DNA of 64,000 nt. Origin: Phoronis australis (Eukaryota > Animalia > Phoronida). The stretch is from the NCBI GenBank assembly GCA_002633005.1, contig NMRA01000111.1:809191-873190 (forward strand). Reading direction: 5' to 3'. The notes beneath the pieces are model-generated. The model was not told where the DNA came from. It saw nothing but the letters and a program-made list of their open reading frames with translations, and searched no databases. The position numbers were made by a program, and so were the translations under genes. Positions 1 through 12,800 of this stretch are shown here, piece after piece. The stretch's first letter is position 1, and the number at the start of each line of letters is the position of its first letter.

Positions 1-844
1 CACATTTTGTAGTTAGCCTTTCTTATGTAGGTTTTCTCAATTTATTGACACCCTGTATTAGGGCAACCATTCTTTTTGTCAGTCTTGAAAATGACAGTGG
101 AGCTGAACAAACACGCTGGCCATTGCAATATGCTATTTTCTTTCCTCGCACATTTTGTACTGGTGAGTTTTTTGATAACCTTTGCAGATAACAAAAAAGG
201 AAAAGCTCCAATTTAAGAATTGACTCAGATGAAACAAAGTTTAACCGCTTAAAATAAGATTTATTAAGATGGTATGCGCAACTAAAAACATGCCCCATGA
301 ACAATTCCCTAAACAACTTTCATACATTACAACAATCTTATTCAGGTAATTTATCAACATTTTTATGCTTTCACAGTGCTAGTTCAAAGTAATTACCACA
401 CTTCTAAACATGGGTGTAAAATATAAACTCCACTGTTAACGTGTGGTGCTGAATAAATTCACTGTCACCACTATTGCAAAAAAAATGAAACTAGACTACA
501 CTGCACCCACGACTGTCAGATCAGGACAGTTACATTTCATCAACCTTTGTTTGAGTGAAGGCAGGAACAGATAAAATGGAAAATTCTGAAGCCAATAATT
601 TATTTTATTAGAATTAGTAAAATGATTGCAGAGAATTCTAACACAACACTCTCGGTGAATTGTGAGACGATTGGCGAATGAGAATATTCACAATCAAAGA
701 AACATTATTTTCCAGTTTGTACTCCAGCAATCATGTCAAGTTCACAGAGCAGTTCATTGTACTGACTCAGTACAATCAGTCCATGAGGATAACAAAAAAA
801 TAAATATACGTCGCTGTAACATTGCGCTCTTCTCTTTTTGTTCA

Positions 845-3800
845 CTAATCATCTTCTTCCTCATCTTCTTCATCATCTTCAAAATCGTCATCACTCTCCA
901 CCTAAAATGGAACAAAAAGACCAATGGGACTTGGATGCAACTAGCACTGAGCACAACGCACAGATGAGAACATGTGGAACACTAGAGGATGATGTCATTA
1001 ATTGACATGGCAGTTATTAATTTGCTCCTATTATCATTTTCACAAGAACAAAGCAGTGGGATTCGTGCCTTGTGTCCAGAGGTCACGAGTGACTAGAGAG
1101 CGTTTTACATTTGTGGAGGTACTTGATCTAGTTTAGTTAGGGCTGCGCCCTTGACTATTGAAAGATCCACTCAGCAACATTTGCTCATCACCTGGCTGTC
1201 ACCAACAAAGCACACCCCTACTATAACTTTATTGTGAAAACTTTGACCATATTTTATATTTTTGGCAAAATAGTACCTTTACCCCCAGGAATACCTAATC
1301 AAAAATGAACTAAGATTTCATGTTTGCAGTTCAACAGAGACCCTATGCTTAGTCAAACATCCACTTTAACCACTGAATGGGTGTACAGTTGGGCCCCTGC
1401 ACCATTAACTGTGGCAACCCTCACCTTATCCCCCAGCTCTTTTAACCTGGCCTTGAATTTTTCCACCTTTGCGTCTTGGTCGGCCAGTAACACCAGTAAA
1501 TCTTCTGACTCCTTCTTCATGGATGATACTTCCTCATCCTTGGAACCCATCTTTGACAACATCGTAGTATTCTCATCTGTTAGATTCTGAAACATAATAA
1601 AGGCTCTGTTGCAAAAGCACATATCTGTAAACTCGTGAGATGAGCTGTAATTTCAAAGTGATAGTGGGGTCACACAACTAAAGGGATTATTGCATGGAAC
1701 GTGCTAAGAAAAGGCTGAGAATCGTACTTCTTTGGAAACTATATTTTCAGATTTGAAACAAACTAGAGAAATGCGGAGCGTTGAAATGCGAATCTGACAG
1801 CACCGCAAACAGTGTGCTTCTAGGGGAGTTTATTATTATCACAATTGGCCATTAGACGGCACAGAATACATTGAACACATTTGAAAATGGGAAGGTGTCA
1901 TTGTCTCTCAAAGCTATATACCAAATTTCATGAAAATCCATCTAAAAACTCTGAGATACAAAGGCAAACGTAAAAAAAATAAATTGCCAATGGTAACCTC
2001 AGCGGTCAAATCCATCCATATGTTGTCAACTTAAAAGGAATACAATTGCTAAGTTTCAAAAACATTTTGCAAGGGGTATAGGAGATACAGCCATAGATGC
2101 AAAAACTGTCACTAGAGGGCACCACAGAATTTGAACCCATCTGAAAATCCATGTCAGTCATGATTTTGTCAGTAAGAACACGTCTGCTAATAACGATCCA
2201 CAGCATGGTTTGGTAGATACAAAAGCAGACAACAAAAAACAGATTAAATAAAAATGGCCACTAGTTGGCGTAAAATACGTCAAATCCAAAACAAAATGGA
2301 AAGGTGCTGTCATCTTCATAACAGAAACGTATTTGTCAAATTTCATGAAAAAGCATCAAAGAACTCTGAAGTTACAGACTGAAGCAAATGCAAAAACACA
2401 ATTGCTGCTAGGGAGCACACCTGTAGTGGGACTTGTCTGAAACTCATCGTCATCTATTGCCATCTCCAAAGGAACACATCTGCTAAACTTCACAAAACTC
2501 CTGCAACGGGCAAAGGAGATTCAGCAGTGGACAAAAAAAATGACACTAGAGGGCTCAAGAGTAGTCGACCATGTCTGAAAATCGACAGCCTCGGTCTTCT
2601 CATCAGGAACACATCTCCCAATGGATGAAGAGAGTGACACCAAAACATACCAAAATTTTTTAACATGACCACCAGATGGTACAGAACACGCCAAATCTAT
2701 CCGTTGTCGTCATCTTAATAGAAACCTATTTGCAAAATTTCATGATAGCAAAACTGGCCACTATACATCGAATCTATCCAAAAAATGGAATCTGTCATAT
2801 TCTCTTCAACAGAAACCTATTTATTAATTTTCATAAACATTTATCAAGGTACTTTGCAGCAGATCCCGAAAAGAATAAAATTGCCACTAGGCGGGCACAG
2901 CAGTAGTTGGATCCGTCCAAATGTCGTCATCGTCCGTAGTCACCTTCATATAAATACACTTTCCAAAATTAATAAAGATCCTGCAGAGGGTTTGAGATGC
3001 AAAAAGCTGCCACTAGGAGGTGCTACAGGTGTTGGAGTTGTCGTTCAAAATCATCACCAGCTGCCCTCTTCACACTAGAAACATACATGCCAATTTACAT
3101 AGTCATCCTTATAGTGGTTTGGTTGACAGTCTAGAAAACTAAAAATGGTCACTAGATGGTGCAAAATATGTCAAATCCATCCAAAAACGGGATCATTTCA
3201 TTATTCCTTTAACAGCAACCTATTTGCCACTTGAAATTTCATAAAAATATGTCTAACAACTTCAAAGAAACAAGTGAAAACAAAAAATGAAACTGCCACT
3301 AGGGGGCACAGCGTTCATTGGATCCGTCCAAAAGTCACCATTGTCTGTTGCCAACTTATACACTTGCCAAATTTAATAAAGATCCTGCAATGAATTTTGG
3401 AGATACAGCCATAGACACAAAAAACTACTGCTAGAAAGCGCCGCAGCAGTCAAAATTGTCAGCTGTCCTCTTCCTAGTAGGAACATATATGCCAATTTTC
3501 AAAATCATCCTTTGCGCAGTTTGGTTGATAGAGGGCAGACACCAAAGAAAAGACTTAAAAACAGTAAAAATGGCCACTAGATGGCGCAAAATACCCGAAT
3601 CCATCCAAAAATGGGAAGGTAGCATCATCTCACTAATAGTTACCTAAATGCTAAATTGATGGAAATCCGTTAAGGACCTCCAAAGATATAGAGGTTAACA
3701 TAAAAAATCAAAATTGCCACTAGGGGGCACACTGGTAGTCGGATTCATCTGAAAATTCGCTCATGCTGTCCCATCCATGAAAGAAACATATCAGCAAAAT

Positions 3801-6800
3801 TTAATGAACATAAATATGGAATGGTTTTGGAAAAAGAGCAACAGATGCCGGATGGACAGGGATGATGGCGCATAAGAATAATTCCAAGCATGCATTCTAG
3901 AATAACATGACTACCCCATGATTGTGGTGACTTAAGTTCAGTGGAGCCTGCACACCCTCAGTTTCGACGTAAATTATGATAAATGAGATATTCCATTAGA
4001 TGGGTTCCAACCACATTGATGAGCTGAGCATGTTACATAGAGAATCTGAGTGTAAGACAGCTAAACAGGAAACAAAAGATTTGCTCCAAGTTCAGACAAG
4101 TAAAATGAATTGAAGATGGATTAGGTTGTTTTTCAATAGAAAATCAAACTTAAGGTACACATAAAAAGAAGCAGAACATCAATTCTGCAGACTTTTCAAT
4201 GTGAATGTCTGAAAACAAGACAATAAATCATGACATGCGGATGATTTTAAAAGCGTTTAATGGGAAATGGTTGGTTTAATAGGAAATGGTTCGTTTTTGA
4301 CACTTGAGGACAATTACCAGGACATTCTGTTATCAGGTATGACAATAAGTGGACTTCATTGTACAACCATTAATTGCTATTGTTAAATCCTTTCAAAGTT
4401 ATATTACCTGAGCTTATTAAGTCATTGACCTCAAACGCTGCATTTACTAATGATCTAATCACAATTAATTCTTGACATCTAAATGTCAACCTAATCAAAG
4501 AAGATTATACTATAAAGTCAAAAAATTAATTCCATTGCATTATATTTCGTAATTTCATCTTTCAAGAATCCAATTTCTCTTGACTTCGATAATTAAGGGA
4601 CTATTATACAAAAATTCAAGTCGTGCTTAACTGCCACAAGAACCATACATGAAGTGACATATGGCTGGACAACAGGTATTTACAGTAGCAAATAACAGAA
4701 TCACAAACTTTTAATAATTAAAAACAAACCCACATTATGTCAAGGTGAACAAGTCTACATTTAATCATAACAAAATACTTTGTTGAGAATAGTCCCAAAC
4801 TGTGTTTTAATAATCAATTTAAAAATGAATTCAAATTGGAAAAATTTTTAATTTTGAATATACCCCGTGCACAATTTATGTCCATGGCACGTTTTCGTTG
4901 TTCTAGCCACAGTCTCATGATTGAAGTAGGCAGGCACATGAATTTGGATAGGGCAAACAGAGTGAGTCCCTTCTTCTCCAATGTTGTAGAAGAAGAGTAT
5001 AATTTCCTTCTAAGCTGCGATAAATATTCTGAACTGAGACAAAATTATATTGAAGTGTACAACTGGAATTTTCCGTCTTTTTTCAAGTTCAACAGATTAA
5101 TGTCAACAAGTGATGATGCTTAAAATTAGTTAACCTATGTAAATACTTTTTTACGCTTTTTGACTACGTGATAGCTTGCTGCACTCTTAAGTATGTTATA
5201 TGTTGTCCCTGTGTACAGTAGGCCTATGGCTTTTTTACAGGAATAGATAGATTGAGAAAATAACTGTATATAATAATGTAACCTGCATTACCTTGCACTT
5301 TTCCTGCAGTCTCATATTTTCTTCGTTGGAACTTTTCAGCCTGTCCATTAAACTCAACTTTTCACTTTCCAACTTCGAACAGTCATTTTCCAACTCTGTG
5401 ATCCTTGTAGTTAACTTTGACCTTTCCTCGTCAAACGAGTGATCGTCCCCATTAGGCACCTGTTGAGCTGTGCTGTCAACCTGCATAACAGTGGACGTAC
5501 ACTACATTACAACAAAGGTCAAACATGTGGGAATCAGATTATTTTGTCAGCTATTACTTGGGCCTCGTGTTTAATGGTTATACTCAAAACCCAACTATTG
5601 TCTAATTGCAAGCCAAGCTTGGAGTTAACGTACAAGTGTGTAACTCTAAATCATGCACTGTGATTAAGTTCTGAGACTGAGTTCAGAGATTAAACCTTGG
5701 GCCAAGATTAAGATGAGTTCCAAACTTCTCTACCTTAACCACAATAATCTAATATGTTCATCCTTAAGAACAGAAAATATACATCAAAATAAAGGTGAAG
5801 TTGGAATTTAAAGATTAGATGTTGAGCCCAGCCATAGCTAGACACACAAATAGCAAAGCTTTCTCACCACTTCAGCCGATCGACTCTCATATTCCTGTAT
5901 CTTTCCTTGATATGTCTTGATCTCGTTGTCCTTGTCTGACAGAGATCTATTCAAGCCCTCTAATTCTGTATTCAGCCTGTCCACTGTAGCTTGTAGTATG
6001 CCCACTTGTTCACTGTTCACCCCTTCCTCACCATCTTCTGTTAACATGGCTTTAGCCTCCGCCACAGTTACGTCATTTCTCTGTTGAGATGTGAACAAGA
6101 ATTAAATATGGAATTGACTAGTCGTGAAGCAGTAGCAACTCTTATCACTGAGCACAGCTTAACTTCACGTTTAGGCAACCATAGCAATGTGACATTTACA
6201 GAACAGAGAGGGAAATTGGTGTTTTTGACACTGCACCTCATATCCACCATTTTGCACACCTTAAGTCATCCAATAAATGAATTCATCAATTGATTTTTTC
6301 AGAAGTGATTTCCAATTAACAGTCAATGTGGTTACAGTTAGCTTGTAACTGCTCTCTCCTACAATGAAAAATAACTTTGAAAACTCCAAAACAACACATC
6401 TTATACATTTACTCTGACCAAACAAACAAAAACTCAAATACTCCATCACTTTCTTTACACTGACATACTGGTACATAAGATTCCAGCCTACTGCTTTGAA
6501 TTTTGGCAACTGCACTTTCATTCCATTTAATGAACTCATTCCAAAGAACTCATGCTGATCAGACAACCACGGCTGTAGAGCAATCTACGCACCAGCTTCT
6601 GAATGGCTTCATCCTTCTCCGCTAGTTGCGACTTTTGTGTCTCGATTTCTTCGAGTAGTCTGGATATGTCGTCTACCGTAGCACCATTCGTGACTCCGTC
6701 CACATGTAGTGAGTTCTGTGTTCCTGGTGAAGAAATTAGGGGTTAAAACCACAGGGAAACTTCCAACACAAACACCACATAAGTTTTTTTAAACTACTGT

Positions 6801-9800
6801 TGAAAGTAATTGCTCAAGACACTGCATCACACTGAGATAAATGTAAATGACAAGGGAATTATGTTCAAAGTATCTCAAGATGAGGTACCTTAGATGACAT
6901 GTTCAGGAATGGAAGTCATTTTTCAAATAAAAGTTTAAGACAGAAAAGGCATGATGTTTAACTGTTGATACATAACTTAACATTTACTTTTATACACGCC
7001 CCTATTTCATTCTTTCGGTCACCAGAGCACAGTTAATGTTAAGGGTTAGTTCTCAGTGACTAGGGAATCATAGTCTAATATGCTGACACCACAAGGCCAT
7101 ATTACAATACAGTAACACTGTGTACTAAACAAACAGAGCATTTTGAAGAAACAATGATAGCTTTTTAGGCTTTCATACATCATCACCATAAAATCTAAAC
7201 AACAAAACATGACTAAATTAATGCTGCTCAATACACACAAAGACATCTAATGATACTACAGAACCAATAGAACTACATAAGGTCACTGTTGCTGGTTGCA
7301 TGAAACAGTCACAGATAGTGACAACACTATGTTCCCCAAATTTCTCTGCATCTGTGTATATGCACTAACACTGATCATCCTTCTGGTATTGTGTCGCTTT
7401 TCCTGACCCAATTTTTAGCTCTGATACATGCCAAGAGTAAACATGAATTCTTATTATAAAATAAACAGGGACCTTTTCATGCAACATCCGTAATTTAAGG
7501 ACTTATTTTATATTTTCAATAGAATAAGGAGTCACTTTTCAGATTATATTAGGAATTGCCACCAGTAAACCAGAAGCTCATAATGAATATCAAGAGAAAG
7601 AGAGTAAACAACCTCCAAAAATGCCAAGGGGGCAGTTTCATGCAACAGTGTTAGTATGTTGTATACCAGGATGGCCACAGGCACATGGTCGTGAACGTGA
7701 CATTGTTTTATTCAAGAATGAAGACGGTACCCACACTTATAGACTTCACAAACCACACGATAATCTTGACTACGACAGGGCGTACATTAAAATAGACGCC
7801 AGACTCCTCATACCTCCACTTTTCGTCTTGAGCAGAGAATTCTGGTCCTTCAATAGCTGCACCTGCTGTTTGAGCTCGTCAATTTCTTTATTGCTGTCTT
7901 CAAGTGTTTTCAGTTCACCTCGCAACTTGGTTAACTCCATATCCTGTATACGATTATAAAAACTATCACCACTACACCTTGTGAGAAAATGAACATGGGA
8001 ATGATTTTCAAACTCTTAACTTGTTTCAGGTATACTCATTAACATTAGTTAGGTCTATTCTCAACTCTTCTCAGATTACCTTCTTGTATTCACTCACGAT
8101 TCTCTCCTGTTCTTGTACACTATAGTCAGGTATATCCTCGCCTGTTGCCTAACTAACTCCTAATATTGGTTCACAATACTCTCCTGCGTCTATATTCTAT
8201 AGTAGAGACCCTGGCTTTCTGTTTGCGAAAATAGAGAAATTCGTTTCAGCAAATACTAAATTAAATTCTTTGTTTTGTATATTTAGAAAAATCCATTTTA
8301 CTAATTTCAAAGTGAGTTATAACTTAAAAATAATCAGTTGAATTATGTCACAGTTATGTCACTACCAACAACTTGCTGCACACCATGTTCATTGTTTCTC
8401 AAATCTGGAAAACAACAGCGCCACCTTCAGAAAGTATGAACAACAACTTGAACGTGTTTGTTATACAACGATCGCGGATCGATTTATGGCAAGAATTACT
8501 GAATATGATGGATTAACATATTCTTACTTTTCGGTGATTAAAACCAGAATATTTACTACAATTACGTTGAAATTTCAATCATAATTTCCTGAACAAGTGA
8601 GATTCCGAGAATTCTGTCCATCACTGCAGAAAACCAGGGAGTCCACTAGTCAGGTATAGCATTACCTGGTCTCTAATCAGTTCCTTGTACTGACTCACAA
8701 TACTCTCATGCTCCTGCACATTATGATCCTTTTTCTTCTGTTCAGCTGCACCCTCAGGACTGACACACTTGTGGACTTCATCTGAAGATGACACAATCAC
8801 AGCATAAATAAACACGAGACAGAGCACAAGTAAACACAAGAGACACTATTCACCTCGCACTTCATTGCTTTTCAAAACAATCTCTTTGTTAGTTCAAAAT
8901 GTTAGGAAAATTCATAACACCAGAGAACACCATCTTTAAAATATTGCTTTCTCTTACCATCTCCGCATTCCTCGGGAATGGATCGGTCAGCAGGCAAAGA
9001 AAAATTTTCAACTGTTAGTTGTCAGGCGCACTGAGTGCTCAATATACGTCAAGACATTCCTTTTGTCAGATGGTGTTAACCCACTTACTTTCTGTACTTT
9101 TAAAAAGCCTGCAGAACTCGTAATCAAACAACACTTCACTGGACTGTTTGTGGTTTAAGTGAGGTTTTTTGGCCGCTTTTGTGTATGCTTCATGTTTTGA
9201 CACCTGGTTCAACTTGTCGGAAAATGTCTCGAAATTTATCCTCTTGTCAACTATTTGTGTAAGTCGATCCCTGAAAACATAAGTGAATATTAATCACAGC
9301 TTGAATAGCACAGAAAACACAGTTTTATAGCAAAGAGTAAGTCACACCATCTGTTATTTCAAAACCATTGACCAAAAGTAACATGAAGCTGCAGTCATGA
9401 CGGTTTGGTTGCTGCAGGTTTTATACTTTTTTGTTGTTCTAAAACTGAATTCCTTGGCAAGAAGAATTTTCGAATTACAATAAAACCTGAGATCAATCCA
9501 TTTCTTTCCAAATTTTAAACAGCTAAAAAATTGTTCTCTACAATGCATTCACACGTGAGATGTTGTGTTCTAAATAGAGCTTTTTAAATATCAAATTAGA
9601 CTTGCTAAGAATACCTGGATAACTTTCTTTAAACTACTGCAACAGTCATGCATTGTAACAGTACATAACATACCTAGTGTAGTTTGGCACCTGGTTGTCA
9701 TTGTAGAAGACACAGAGACCAAGGAGGAAGGCACAAAGACCGTGAATAAGGAGTTCAGTTTCATCCGTCTCTGAAGACGACACTTGCGATATTAGCTATG

Positions 9801-12800
9801 GCTGGTTAAGGAAAAGATTACAAGAATGTTTTTTGACAGACAACAGGTTTGTAGCATGCAACATCAAGCCTAGAAGTACTGTAAAGCCCAGATTTACAAT
9901 CAAGTATCTACTGCATCTTATCAAGGATGTGGTTTGTCAACATGGTCATTTCAACACCTGCAGAATAAAATTGTGCAAATGTTGATAAGAAAAATGATAG
10001 ATTTAAATTGGCTTGAAATGTTTTGGCATTTATTAAAACATCATCCTCAGAAGCAAAAACAATGACCCCCTTGCTAGACCCAACAACATGTAATGATACA
10101 CAGACAGTCAGTTACAGGAGAGTAACAATAGACTAGACCAGACTAGCAATGACAACCTGTGGTGTCCCAGATGCCTATTGAGACAGGTCTTACACCAACT
10201 GTTGTGCAGAGCTTTGTATTCACCATTTGAAAACCTGGACCAGGGAACATCTAAATTCTGATAGAAGTTCACATATTAATATTCATCTGCAGAGCTCCAA
10301 TCATTGTTATGAGCAATGCTCTTTCAATGTCTTTGCTATAATAGACCAAGCAGAAACAACATGGGAGCTGAAAATTTGTGAGGCTCTACATAACAATTGA
10401 TGCAAGACCACTCTCACTTAGGCAACTGGGACACCACAGGTTGTCATTGTTAGTCTAGTCTATTGTTACTTCCCTGTTAGTGACTGTGTCTGTGTATCAT
10501 TACATGTTGTTGGGCCTAGCAAGGTGGTCACTGTTTTTACTTCTGAGGATGGAGTTTTAATAAATGCTGAAACTTGTCAAGCCGATTTAAATCCATCATT
10601 GTTTTTATCAAAATATGTTGCTACTCGCTATCATGGAGAAAACTGTGGATAACATTGAAACCATACTACATTACAATGAATGTTGACTGAATTGACAATA
10701 ACACGTTACAAAATCAATGAACATTGTTCCAATCATCACAGACTTCCATTGGCTGAATAATAATTACACAAATCTATAGTCAACATCAGCAGCATTTATC
10801 AGTGGACAAAAAGGCCAAGAACAACTTGTGTGCAACATAACACAATACACAACGAAGCGTGGCAATATGAAGGATACGAATGAAACATTAGCATCATTGG
10901 TGAGGAACTGTTGAACAGCAACAGGGCACTCACTCAGCCACACACAGATCATCATAAGTAGACCTACACGAGTCTGCAGTTTGGTGCTCTGCAAATGGTG
11001 GATAGAAATGAAAATTTAAAAGTTAACAAGTCACAACTTCAAACAATTATCACCCAGAGAATCATAACAAAGGTGAATTTTTACTTTTCAAACTACAGAT
11101 GACCCCATCCAGAGCATAGTACACAGTTTTTTTACTTAACTTACAAAAGAGATCAACAATTTTATTGGCTTTGTCACTTAGCACCCGCACCTGGCATATG
11201 TCCTATTAGTGAGATCCTACTGAAAACTACCATGCTGTGAATGTCCTATGATTCGTACATAACGTGGGAACTTGTCACATCAGACATATAGGAGAGAAAC
11301 AAACTCTGCATCCAATCTTTGTCACTGGGAGATCAAAAAATGTCCACCCGATGACATTCAAGAAGAGACTGAAACCGGTACTTTTGACAGTAAGGTGCTG
11401 ATGAACATAAACAAATCTTCAATGAAATAGTGCAAGGGACCCCAGTTAACAAAACCAAATTTAAGTGCAAAGTAATATATGCGGTATAGAATACTTCAAC
11501 GAGATGGTTGGCCATCCTTGAGTGATCACATTTGTGTCCCTTACTCTCTAACACACATGACATGCTTCAAGCCATACCCAAGACAGGGGACATATTCTTG
11601 ATACAAGCATAAGATCGCTAAAATATCAGACACTTAATATTCCAGACCATTTTCAATGGCAACACATAACTACAGGTGGCTTTTTACTACTTATTATAAT
11701 TATATCAGGAGTTAGTTTTGTTTTATGCTGGTAATAGTGACTTTTATTCATTTCTATCTCAAACAGTATGTTAGTTCATAATTTATCCTCCATCTCAGAC
11801 AGTATTATAGAACATATTTCATTCTCTACCTGAGACAGTATGTTAGTACACAATTTATCCCTTATCTCAGACAGTATTATAGAACATATTTCATTCTCTA
11901 CCTGAGACAGTATGTTAGTACACAATTTATCCCTTATCTCAGACAGTATTATAGAACACATTTCATTCTCTACCTGAGACAGTATGTTAGTACACAATTT
12001 ATCCCTTATCTCAGACAGTATTATAGAACATATTTCATTCTCTACCTGAGACAGTAAGTTAGTACACAATTTATCCCTTATCTCAGACAGTATTATAGAA
12101 CATATTTCATTCTCTACCTGAGACAGTATGTTAGTACACAATTTATCCCTTATCTCAGACAGTATTATAGAACATATTTCATTCTCTACCTGAGACAGTA
12201 TGTTAGTACACAATTTATCCCTTATCTCAGACAGTATTATAGAACATATTTCATTCTCTACCTGAGACAGTATGTTAGTACACAATTTATCCCTTATCTC
12301 AGACAGTATTATAGAACATATTTCATTCTCTACCTGAGACAGTATGTTAGTACACAATTTATCCCTTATCTCAGACAGTATTATAGAACATATTTCATTC
12401 TCTACCTGAGACAGTATGTTAGTACACAATTTATCCCTTATCTCAGACAGTATTATAGAACATATTTCATTCTCTACCTGAGACAGTATGTTAGTACACA
12501 ATTTATCCCTTATCTCAGACAGTATTATAGAACATATTTCATTCTCTACCTGAGACAGTATGTTAGTACACAATTTATCCCTTATCTCAGACAGTATTAT
12601 AGAACATATTTCATTCTCTACCTGAGACAGTATGTTAGTACACAATTTATCCCTTATCTCAGACAGTATTATAGAACATATTTCATTCTCTACCTGAGAC
12701 AGTATGTTAGTACACAATTTATCCCTTATCTCAGACAGTATTATAGAACATATTTCATTCTCTACCTGAGACAGTATGTTAGTACACAATTTATCCCTTA

